Source: Laetmonice hystrix
Taxonomy: Eukaryota
Assembly (NCBI GenBank): GCA_965235115.1
Contig: OZ249437.1
Coordinates: forward strand, 26,536,001-26,600,000
Direction: 5' to 3'
Length of the DNA: 64,000 nt
The notes beneath the pieces were generated by a model. That model saw only the letters and a program-made list of their open reading frames with translations, was not told the origin of the DNA and did no database searches. The position numbers were made by a program, and so were the translations under genes. Positions 47,901-59,900 of this stretch are shown piece by piece. The number at the start of each line of letters is the position of its first letter. Positions within the stretch are counted from its first letter, which is position 1.

Positions 47901-50900
47901 GTCAGGGAATCGGTAACAGTCAACTCGATATGTCTAAAGTAATCAGAAGTCAGGGAATCGGTAACAGTCAACTCGATATGTCTAAAGTAATCAGAAGTCA
48001 GGGAATCGGTAACAGTCAACTCAATAAGTACTACAAGTCAGGGAATCGGTAACAGTCAACTCGATATGTCTAAAGTAACCAGAAGTCAGGGAATCGGTAA
48101 CAGTCAACTCGATATGTCTAAAGTAACCAGAAGTCAGGGAATCGGTAACAGTCAACTCGATATGTCTAAAGTAACCAGAAGTCAGGGAATCGGTAACAGT
48201 CCACTGGATATATCTAAAGTAATCAGAAGTCAGGGAATCGGTAACAGTCAACTCGATATGTCTAAAGTAATCAGAAGTCAGGGAATCAGTAACAGTCAAC
48301 TCGATATGTCTAAAGTAATCAGAAGTCAGGGAATCAGTAACAGTCAACTCGATATGTCTAAATTAACAAGAAGTCAGGGAATCGGTAACAGTCAACTAAA
48401 GTAACCAGAAGTCAGGGAATCGGTAACAGTCAACTCGATATGTCTAAATTAACCAGAAGTCGGGGAATCGGTAACAGTCAACTCAATACTACAAGTCAGG
48501 GAATCGGTAACAGTCAACTCGATTATGTCTAAACTAACAAGAAGTCAGGGAATCGGTAACAGTCAACTCGATAGATCTAAACTAACAAGAAGTCAGGGAA
48601 TCGGTAACAGTCAACTCGATATGTCTAAATTAACAAGAAGTCAGGGAATGGGAAACCATCAACTCGATATATTGGGTAATAGAGTAGTATAGTGTTAATG
48701 GAAGTGGATATTACATGCAGATATACGAGTTTTGATCCTTAAAAAATGATTTTCCAACATATTGTTCATTACGACCACAAGGTTGCGTTCTATGGTTATT
48801 GATATTCAAGACAGGGAAGGGTTTACAGTTATAATCATAGCATTCCCAAGCCGAAGCTTGGGTAGACTTTAATGCCTGTCCCTGGGTGCTGATCTATTAC
48901 ATTCATATACAGTGTTGCATCTTTGGCTTGTCTGTGGTAGTCCTAGCAGTGGCAGCAGTTTATCTCCACTTGCAAGTGATATATTGAAGTCCTGGGAATT
49001 GGGGCTTGAAAGAGGGCCATAATGTGTGTGCCATAAAGATGAGGAGAGACAGAAGCGGCGTGACTGTTGGGTTGTTTATTAGATAACCATGTTGTTGTAT
49101 ACACCCATAGACACCCATAATGAGTAGGATCATTGGGTTGCAGTGACAGAGTAGTGATAGCGATTGGTAACAAAGATAACTTCCGAACGATGTACAATCT
49201 GTTACGTGCGGTAAGCCCTACAGTACCCGGCTATGGCCGCCGTACGGTTACCCGTCAAATAAATCACATCATTTTGGTATGTATGTGCTTCTGGTGTGGC
49301 GCATACAATACTAATTTTTAATCTTTAATGTGTCCAAACGATGTATCCATTTTCTAATTTACTGACTTTTTTATTCCTTTTATTTATACAAGAAAAGCAC
49401 AGATGCCAGTGTTTTTCTTTCGCTCTTTGCTCTTTCTTTCTTGCTTTCTTTCAATACTCTTTCTTTCTTTCTTTCTTTCTTTCTTTTGTTGTTGGACACA
49501 GAGGACGTCAAAGTGAAACTACTTTCTGTCACTGCAAGAAGGACTCTAGATGTCCCCAGCACTGTTATCTACCATGTATACCTGGTGCATGAGATGGTGC
49601 TATTGATTTCTCTAGTTATATTAAAGGTAATATCCCACCGGTGGTATTGACCGAAATCTTCAGTTTCCTGCTTACCTGCTCACCACTGACGTACTTTATG
49701 GCACTGATTGTTTATCATATTGATTCTATTAACACACACTACGAGTAGACAGCTGTGAAATTCTCCCTAATGGCAGAAAAATGAAAAACTAGCGACAGTG
49801 TCCGCAAAGTGCGATGAATCCGCCATTTTGGCCCCCTTTGGCTGCCGGGAATCCTTTGAACGGGTCCCATGATCACGTGACTCTCGCTCTGATTACTCGA
49901 GATCAATCTCCCATAATGCAGAGGGGCTCGCTCCACTACCCATCTGCCACACCTGGCTTTTTACGGGCAAAATCGGACCCTACGCGTTTAACCCTGTTTT
50001 TTGCAAAGTCGGCCGCCCTTTATGGTATCTATAATATTTAACGTAGATCTACCTCTAAATCTCAAAACCGAGATTATAACAAGTGGCATTCACCGACATT
50101 TCGGGATGATTCGAAACACTTCGGGTGTTTCCGACTTGGTACTCCGTTCAACATTGCGGCTGCAGGTGATTTCTCCGAAGATTTAGATGTTTGTGTGGCA
50201 TCATATTCTGACAGTCTGCGCCGTAAAAGTAAACAACAAACGGCAGTACCCAGCCTGTGACAGAGATTAAATGAAGTGAACGATCTCTGTCCGGAGAGTG
50301 TACTCGAGATGTAAGCACGCGCCATTGCCGATCGTGTGAAAAGTGTGAAAACACAGCCGGCTGCAAATCCCGGGGTCTCGGAATAAATGTGTCATTTTCA
50401 GTGACCGCATTCAGAATTGGCGATTTTCTTTCACAAAATTCTTTTAAAAAGCTACATAAACAGGTAGGGGACCTTTGGGGCATATCGGAGAACCGCAATA
50501 CAGACATATTTTTGCTGAAACACGACGTATTATTTGAAATTCGTGCTACTTTCACTTTCCCTCACTATATTAGGTTGTGATTGGACTGAAAGCACGGGAG
50601 GTGGCCAGGACTGTGATCGGTCACGTGTGCCTCCCCAGCACTGTTATCTATCATGTATACCTCGTGCATGAGATGGTGCTATTGAATGTTTCCAGTTATA
50701 TTAATTACTTTCCCTCACTATATTAGGTTGTGATTGGACTAAAAGCACGGGAGGTGGCCAGGACTGTGATCGGTCATGTGTGCCTCCCCAGCACTGTTAT
50801 CTATCATGTATACCTCGTGCATGAGATGGTGCTATTGAATGTTTCCAGTTATATTAATTACTTTCCCTCACTATATTAGGTTGTGATTGGACTGAAAGCA

Positions 50901-53900
50901 CGGGAGGTGGCCAGTACTGTGATCGGTCATGTGTGCCTCCCCAGCACTGTTATCTATCATGTATACCTCGTGCATGAGATGGTGCTATTGAATGTTTCCA
51001 GTTATATTAATTACTTTCCCTCACTATATTAGGTTGTGATTGGACTAAAAGCACGGGAGGTGGCCAGGACTGTGATCGGTCATGTGTGCCTCCCCAGCAC
51101 TGTTATCTATCATGTATACCTCGTGCATGAGATGGTGCTATTGAATGTTTCCAGTTATATTAATTACTTTCCCTCACTATATTAGGTTGTGATTGGACTA
51201 AAAGCACGGGAGGTGGCCAGCACTGTGATCGGTCATGTGCGCCTGCCACTGCTCTCACCAGAGGAACTCAAGGACGTAGAGGAGGAGAACGCCAAGGATG
51301 GACTTATTCCCGTGAGTGCACCTGTATATCAATAATATACTTGAAATAACCATTTTACTTCAAGTCGTCATTTACAAGTCTCTCCCAACACAAGTCACTC
51401 GTGTCAATACCATAAGTAGGGGCAGGGTGCCACTGGATTCTAAAGGTTCTATACAAAAAGTTAGAACAGTTATTATATCAAGAACGATTAATTGTCTGAC
51501 TCTTTTGTTACGTGCAAAGGCATATTAGTATAGCGTCGGCCAGGAAAAAATATTGCAGCGGAAAATGGTTGTGGTTGATTTAAGGGCAGACGCTTTATAG
51601 TCGCATCAATATCTCGCCCATCATACTTAACTGTTATCTTCTAAATGTCTGAAAACTCAATAAAAAGTAATAAAAGTCGATTACATTGCCGCATTATAAC
51701 CGATTTTCATAATTAGTATGTCCCTGTCCGTCCAAAGCCGGGCCCTGTCGGCTTGTGTCTTTACTTGTGGAAGGACCTAAACGGCCGTAAACGAAGCTAG
51801 AGAAAAAAAAGAATCGGTAGGCCTACTCATTAGTGCCTATATTAATTTTTTGGTGCAAGATGTTGATCGAGCCCTTTTCGGACCTGCTTCAATCTTGATA
51901 AGATAGAATTAAATGGCCAAAAAACAGGAACCCATATCTTTTAAAAAAACTAATCAGTTACGGAGTATAGTGCATGTATAGTGGTCTGGGTCTTAAGAGA
52001 TGATGACACACTAACAGAAGCATCGTATTAAAAGGTTAAAATGACTTTACACGTTTCCTAACAGCAGAGTTACCGCTCCTCGGGTAGTCAGTGATGGTCT
52101 CTCCGAGTTAATTTGAAAGTACTTATAAGATGATCAAATTTCAAGTTTCACGCTAATCTTTTAATATTCACAAACCCCTTCTACTATCAGTGATTAATAT
52201 TCGCCTTCTATAATACTGGAGCTCATTCTGGTTGTATATTGGGTTTATGATAGGAATTAAAGATCACCATGGCAATACTGGAGCACATTCTGGTTGTATA
52301 TTGGGTTTATGATAGGAATTAAAGATCAACATGGCAATACTGGAGCTCATTCTGGTTGTATATTGGGTTTATGATAGGAATTAAAGATCACCATTGCAAT
52401 ACTGGAGCTCATTCTGGTTGTATATTGGGTTTATGATAGGAATTAAAGATCACCATGGCAATACTGGAGCACATTCTGGTTGTATATTGGGTTTATGATA
52501 GGAATTAAAGACCACGGCAATACTGGAGCTCATTCTGGTTGTATATTGGGTTTATGATAGGAATAAGATCACCATGGCAATACTGGAGCTCATTCTGGTT
52601 GTATATTGGGTTTATGATAGGAATAAGATCACCATGGCAATACTGGAGCTCATTCTGGTTGTATATTGGGTTTATGATAGGAATTAAAGACCACGGCAAT
52701 ACTGGAGCTCATTCTGGTTGTATATTGGGTTTATGATAGGAATTAAAGATCACCATTGCAATACTGGAGCACATTCTGGTTGTATATTGGGTTTATGATA
52801 GGAATTAAAGATCACCATGGCAATACTGGAGCTCATTCTGGTTGTATATTGGGTTTATGATAGGAATTTAAGACCATGGCAATACTGGAGCTCATTCTGG
52901 TTGTGTATATTGGGTTTATGATAGGAATTAAAGATCACCATGGTCCTGTATAGCCACGCCGGAAGGACCTGTCAGAATTGCCGGCCCTGACCATGAGTAC
53001 GTAGATGAGGTCTAAACCCTCCCTGACTCTATGAAATAAATCAGAAGGCATCCTTTTGTAAATAGCTGCATCCTTAGAGGGGGGAGGGCGGGACTTTTCT
53101 AATGGTGTGTCTTCCCTCATAACGTGGATCTTTATGAGGCAATTAGTGATTGCCGTATTGTCGCGTTATGACAGGGGCCACAAGTAGGCCTTGGCGACCC
53201 GCCTCCCACACGCGGCCAGTCAGCGCTGCTAACATATTGAGTAATGTACGTATAACCAGCCAACTTGTTCCCACTGAATGGGTATTGTTACGTGATCACC
53301 GAGCCAAACATACACATTCTGGGAACCGATGGAATTACATGAGATAAGAGCATATTAACATGTAAAAAAATGCAACGGATGGGAGAAAAAAGGTGTCATC
53401 ATCAGACTCACAGAGAGCGTTCAATTGTTTATGTCACCAAAACTCTTTGTCCCCGCCGCTGTGGAAAGATAAATTAAGCAATCTTTAAGACAGATTGACC
53501 TGATTTGTTTGGATTATCCCCCTTTGACCTATATTTAGGACTTTTGCTTTTCTTCTACGAGACAGGCTAATCAATTCGTTTCAGAATGCCAGGTAATGTA
53601 AGGAATTTAAATAACCGACTAGTTTTTTACCGACCTGATTTCCCGGAGATCTGGGAAAATGTGATCACTGTGCATAAAATAATCCCGATTAGTAGATTAC
53701 TCTCCAATTTGTTCTTGTCTTTATCCGGCATCCCTTTCTATCTTTATTGCTTTGAAAAATATGCTGAAAACAAAGTGAAGAAATCAAACAGTTTAATTTA
53801 TCAGCCAAATGGCTCCTGAAGTGATAGATATTAATAGAAAGTTAAACTCAGACCCAGCTATTTGTGCTGATGCGGAGATATTGTGTCAGATTAAATGTTA

Positions 53901-56900
53901 ACAGAAATTGTAATAGATGCCACTGCTGACTTGGTGAGCTTGTCCCATAACAGGCAGTTTAAGTTACATTAAGTTACATTTGAAGGAAAATAGGAGAGCA
54001 AACGGTGGGACCTAATATGGGGACCCCTGTCGATGGTGGCCGGCAGAGAGTGGTCCAGGGGTGGGATGTTTATTGATTATTGAAAAAGAAACCGAACACC
54101 GGGACAACGACCACCTACTCTTCGATAAGAGGAAAGGGTCCTGTAACGTGCAAAAAACGGATAGACATAGCCTTTGATCGGAGGTAAATCATGAGTCAGG
54201 TCGGAGCGTTTGTTTGGTTTGTTTGCCGTGTGACACCGGCTTCAGATTTTTTCACCGATACCGATGAGATCGCAACGACTTGAGCCCCGATTTACCTACG
54301 ATTATCGGACGCTCAGGCGGTCGGAGCATCGTGCTGTGTGACACCGGCTGAAGGCCTGTCCACACATAGCTGATGACAAACAGATGTGTCCCGATGTGAT
54401 GTGCCGATTTCCCCTTACCCCCGACATCACACGAATGTTACTCCGATGTCGTCCAAAAGAAACGGAAGCTGGCGTAGCTAGGGTGTTCCCACTTGGGAAT
54501 TGTTGCCCTATTTTTCCCGATGTATCACGATGTAATCCCGATTTTTAGAAACATCGGGAGATTTGTGAACATATTCAAAAATTTCCCGATGTGCCTGCGA
54601 TCTCTTCTACCTTCCCGATGTTTTCCGATCACTCCTGAGTGTGATCCCGATGTCGCACCGATCAGGACACATCGCGGCCAACATGTCAAAGTGTGAACGT
54701 TGTTTAACATTCTCGGGCATTGGCGGTGGTCCTAATGTCAACCCAACACGAGGACTCACGTGCATGGGGATACCAGAGGACCACCAGCTGGCAACTGTCC
54801 GCTTTTAGTACTTGACGTGCTTCTCGTCCCTGCGTCTTTAAGAAGACATGCTTCCCAGTACCGTATATATATACGTTGATTTCTTTATTACCATGGCGGG
54901 CTTGACCTCAGGCGTAACCTTGACCCCCACCAGTTCCCACCCAGCATGCATTAGCACTGCCTTTTGACATGTGTACTGATGGCCGAAATGAAGCGCTCAT
55001 TGAAGCTGAAATAATTTCGTCTGCGGTGACACTGGCATAAGATTCATGTTAAAACTCAAACACAACGTGATGTAATACATGTAGCTCAGATTCGAATAAG
55101 AGGTTCATGTTTGGTAATTATTTAACTGACCTTTGAAACTCCATCAGATGTTACCATTATATATTATGTGCTGCCCTACTAAAGTATGGTTTAAAAATGA
55201 ATGACTTTTAGAAGACACGAAAGAACGCATAACGCTCCGTTGTGAACTGACAGCAAACCGAATGGTAAATGTCAGCTTGTTAGGAAGGCAAAGTGCAAAT
55301 TAAACTAATGGATTCTCTTCTTGATCTCTGTGTTGGATGAGTGGCCTCTATTGTGACATTTTAATGTGTTGATACACTTTGTTGTGCAAGTCATTATAAT
55401 CTTTTCCTAAATGTACATAAAGATGAAATGTAAAACAGCCTTTTAAGTTTGCCTGATCGTTCTGGGTCAATGGGTAATGGTAAAACAGCGACATTTCAAT
55501 GTTGATTTTCAATGGGAAAGTACATGTAATATCATTAGTTCATCTTGAAGTGTAAACAAAGAATGGTAGGTACAATAGGAATCCCAGAGATCTGGCTCTT
55601 AGGAACCCCAGAGATCTGGTTCTATAATCACATTAACGTCTGTTGTTGAAGGATATGCCGTTTTCCCATTTAGAACCAATTGACCGAAGTTAAAGAACGC
55701 CCATGATAACCAGAATATTTTCCACTCGGGTTTTATTAAACCCGAAATTTCCATTTTTGATTAGGAACTCAGAAATGCCGTAGCCTTGAATTTAACTCAG
55801 TTTGAATATTCAAACAACGGTGGTTCAATTTACCAATCAGTTTTTTTTTATTCTAGAGTGGTTAACATATAGTTTCTTATCCCTATTGTTCTGTGAGTGG
55901 GCCGTTAGGAGGCTGAAGCTAAAACTGAAGTAACCTGAGTGAACCGGAATCAACTGCCTCAGCAAATAAATGCCTCAGCAAATAAATGAGGATGATGATT
56001 TCATAGTAAGGATAATGTGTGTTCGGTCTAGATGCACACTAGAACCATTTCACATGTTGTGTACGAAGATTATAGAAACTGATTTTGACCACATGGAATG
56101 GAAGCCGTAGTTTGAGGAAAAGGTAAAGTGGTAGATTCCATCAAGATGACATGTTTCTGATGTCAGTTTTGCTCACCAATTTCTTTCCAAAAACACTTGA
56201 ACTAAATAAACAAAAGAGTGCACTAATTGGTATGTTCTAGATGTATGTTAGGATGTATTTACATACATCGCAACCATAGGAGTTCTTATTGAAGATTTGT
56301 CCTCGATACGATTATCGTGAATGTCCTTTAGAGAGACCCCCCCCCCCCCACCCACCCAGAAGATAAAGTCTTTGTTTCCCAGACATCCGAGTACCATCTA
56401 TAGCAGATTTAAGAAACAATTTTCCTACATGATGTTTTGTCGACCCTAAGGGAAAGTGTACTGATTAATTCACAACCAAAGCATCTGAAGCGGCTTAAAG
56501 TCGCTCATAAAATATACAGAATTAGATTTAGCTGTCTTTTTAATTCCCGCCGAAGTAAGTCTCTCACGAGACGGAGACCAAGCTAATCTCGTCTGTCGAG
56601 ATCCATGGAAGCTGTTAGAGATTAACGACAGCTGTTTACAGATTCCGAATGATGAAATAAAACTCAATCAAATTAAATCAGTTTGAGAGAGAAAGAAGAT
56701 AATGCCTCATAATATGAGCGTCATCCACACAGCTATATCTCTTTAGTGATTGAGAATGACTATGTCTGACTGTCGTATTGATATCATGATAGGGGCTCAG
56801 AATCAGGGTTTCAAACTGGAGTACCGTGGCCGGTTTATATGATTGGGGCTTACTTGGATCAAATTTTTGGATCAACTGATTGGATCAAAAACTATGCACC

Positions 56901-59900
56901 ACCAGGTTTGCATGTGCGATCAGGAAAGTCTGTTTTGTGTCCTCACCTTTTAGTGTTTGTAATGGGAAGCCTGAAGGTTGAAGACGCAATTTGGAAACGG
57001 CTTTCAATAATAATTTCCTCAAGCTGCTTGGGGTGCTCTGGCTCAATCATGCACCAAGCAAGAATGAAGGCTTGTAGCTTTAAAAAACCCGGTGAAATGC
57101 TGAACAGATCTAGTCATAGTTGAGAGAGGTGTTGGGGACCAAGTTTCTGATCGTACAGGTGGCGTGTCGGGCTGTACAAAGGTGCCTGATGACCTCAAGT
57201 AACAAGTCGTAGTCAGGTGTAAAACGTCCAAAGGGATGGAGATTCCTTAGAACATTATATGGTTAAGATCCTGATAGACACGAAGCGTTAAATTCTGTCT
57301 TTAGCATTCCACATCAGGACGCTCTTTGATTTTGTATAGTTTTCTGGACCTATTTGATCCTGATCTAAGGCAAGGATCGGGTGTAGGAGAACCTCAAAGT
57401 CTCTTCTCACAAAGAGAGACCATCTTCCCTGGCCAGAGGGCGGTTTGAAGTGGTATTGAAGTAGCGTGTACCGTACATGAAGTGGATTACCTTTGACAAA
57501 TCTCACGAGCGCAGAGGTACGACAACGAATTCTGTAGGCCTACATCTCAGCTACATAAGGTCGCACTGCTGGTTTACGAGTAGGGAAGCTTGCAGGACCG
57601 CATATCGTAAAATCGTAAAATGTCGCAAAACGTAAAAATTGTTTGCATGAATTTTTACGTTTTGCGAATATTTTACTATTAGGCGGTCCTACAGGTCCTA
57701 CAAATATACTACCTCCTGAACCTAGGCCAAACAGTGCTCTCTAGACATGTAATCAAATGGAAAACTGACATCAAACAAGTAGAGTTTTTGCTGATATCGT
57801 TCTTCTTGGGGGGGGGGGGACGTTGGGTAAACCTTAGGTATTAACCTATTTTGCAATCTATTATAAATATGGCTTATAATTTTTTAAAGCATCAGATGCT
57901 GCCACCTTCTCGTGAAAAGAAGAAATATTTTTAGCGGTTGAAGACGCACCACGGCCCTCGTCATAGTTTGTGGATTGACGACTTTCTTCGCATATTTTTT
58001 TATTCAGGTTTCTTTATTACAGCATGGTTACTGCATGCAGCATATGTGGTGACTTAATAAATCCTACAATCATCAATTTAATAAATCCTACAATCATAGC
58101 TTTTGTCCCAATGTTTACCAATGTGAAGTAAATTCCCGGGAGACGATATGTACATTTAACGAAAATGTGCATCCATGATTTTAAGAGGAAACCTGATCGA
58201 TTGAAGGGTGTCGGTGAGCAGAGCCAGGGGAATACATTCCCCACGTCTCGCTGCCATCAAACCACCCAAACCACCAAAGACGGTGAGCAATACGAGTCAC
58301 AGCGCCCTCTGACGGTCTCAATTAGTGGCTCATCTCTCTCCGATTTAAGCAGACGGAAGCAGCTTTGTGATGTTCATTGGCTTTATGGAGATCAATGGGC
58401 CTTTTGTTTTGAAATCATAAAATGACGCTCCGCATTCATATCGAAATGCTTTGAGATTTGTTTTTAATTTCTTTGATGATTGGAAGATTTTTTCCATTTC
58501 GGCCGGCTTCAGGAACGAAGCGTAATATCTTAAGTAATTGGGTCATTAATCTTTGGGTGATTAGAACCCCAAGCAATACAATTTTCAGCCATTACAGATT
58601 GTTTTATATGCAAACAACCGGACGGGTTTTACACTATCTTATCTAAGAGGCAAAGATTTCTAAGTGAGTGATTGGTTGGATTCCCACCCTCTGGGCATCC
58701 TTTGGCCATCATCGCAGCAACTTTCAGCAGGTTAGGCTATGCACAGAGTTTGTAATACGGAGATTATTGAGGTTGTGATTTAGGAACGTAAGGGACGGGT
58801 ATCGCCCCTATTCTTGTCTTTGAGATATTTTCCTTGTATTTTAATGTATTTCAGACTACACTATAAGTCTAATGGAACGCTGTCTGTCCGAGCAGCTGGT
58901 TGACTTACTATGTTCAGGCCCGTAATTTCCATCAAATTATTGAGGGGGCTATTGAATTATTGAGGGGGCTCGACGAACAGATCCAAGGTTCTCCCTGGTA
59001 AAGTAGGATAATTATTAGGCAACACTGAAAATATTGGGGGGGGGGGCGCTTAAGCCCCCTAGCCCCCCCCCCCCCGAATTACGGCCCTGATGTTTGAAAA
59101 GATTCATTATTTTAAAGGTCAAGTTAAGATATCCAAAAGCCTGTCCGGAAACCAATCCAAAAAAACAACCAACTTCTAACCTGTTGCCTCAGTGTTAGTG
59201 GACACTACGCCACAAGTAGTTAGTTTCAGAGTCGCTGCATTATTGATAACAAGAAACAACAAAGTGGCGGCTGCTGCCAATGTTTTTTTTTTCTGACCAA
59301 ATCTATGTGCCATTCAGTAACAAGAAGACAAGTAAACCGCCCTGTGTTTTGTTTTTCAGTTTCTGTTAGAGTTAGGGATGGGGATAGGGATAAAGCTTGC
59401 CATAATGCAAATGAAATCCGCATTGGTCCCGGTAGGAAAAAGAATATCTCTCATAAACTCTCATAAACTGTGAATTCCCGGTACGGAAGATGGGTGTCCA
59501 CATTCCTTTGGTTTCCTGAGATCTCTACGAGCTCAGAAATCTCTGACTGAGGAGACCCTTCCCAACATGTGCAGAGTGTGCTGGATGTGCGGCGGTTGTG
59601 ACGTACGTGTGACCCACTGGGCCGACGTGTGACCGACCGAACGCCGCCGGTACGAAAACGACGTCTGCCAGTGATGACGATAAAGCAGGCTTTAATCGCG
59701 GTGTCACTTGTCGCCGATCACCAATCGGAATGTGTGATCACAACTCGAGCCGGCAGTCGGTCGGGCAAGATCGGGGTTAGAGCGGGGGCAATGGGCTGTA
59801 CTTGATGCCCCGATAAAGTACGTATGACGGTGGGTACTGCTGCAGGCTGCTGCCCATGCTGATTAAGTAGCATTGATCCAACCCCTGGGGACAGTTATAA

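Noticed and set aside
46929-48404. ORFs of 289, 88 and 112 aa with SQGIGNSQLDMSK repeats as real coding sequence
   Set aside because: The BACK domain continues at 51186 after a canonical gtatgt donor at 47031. The repeat peptide is intron read-through, kept only as a retention hypothesis.
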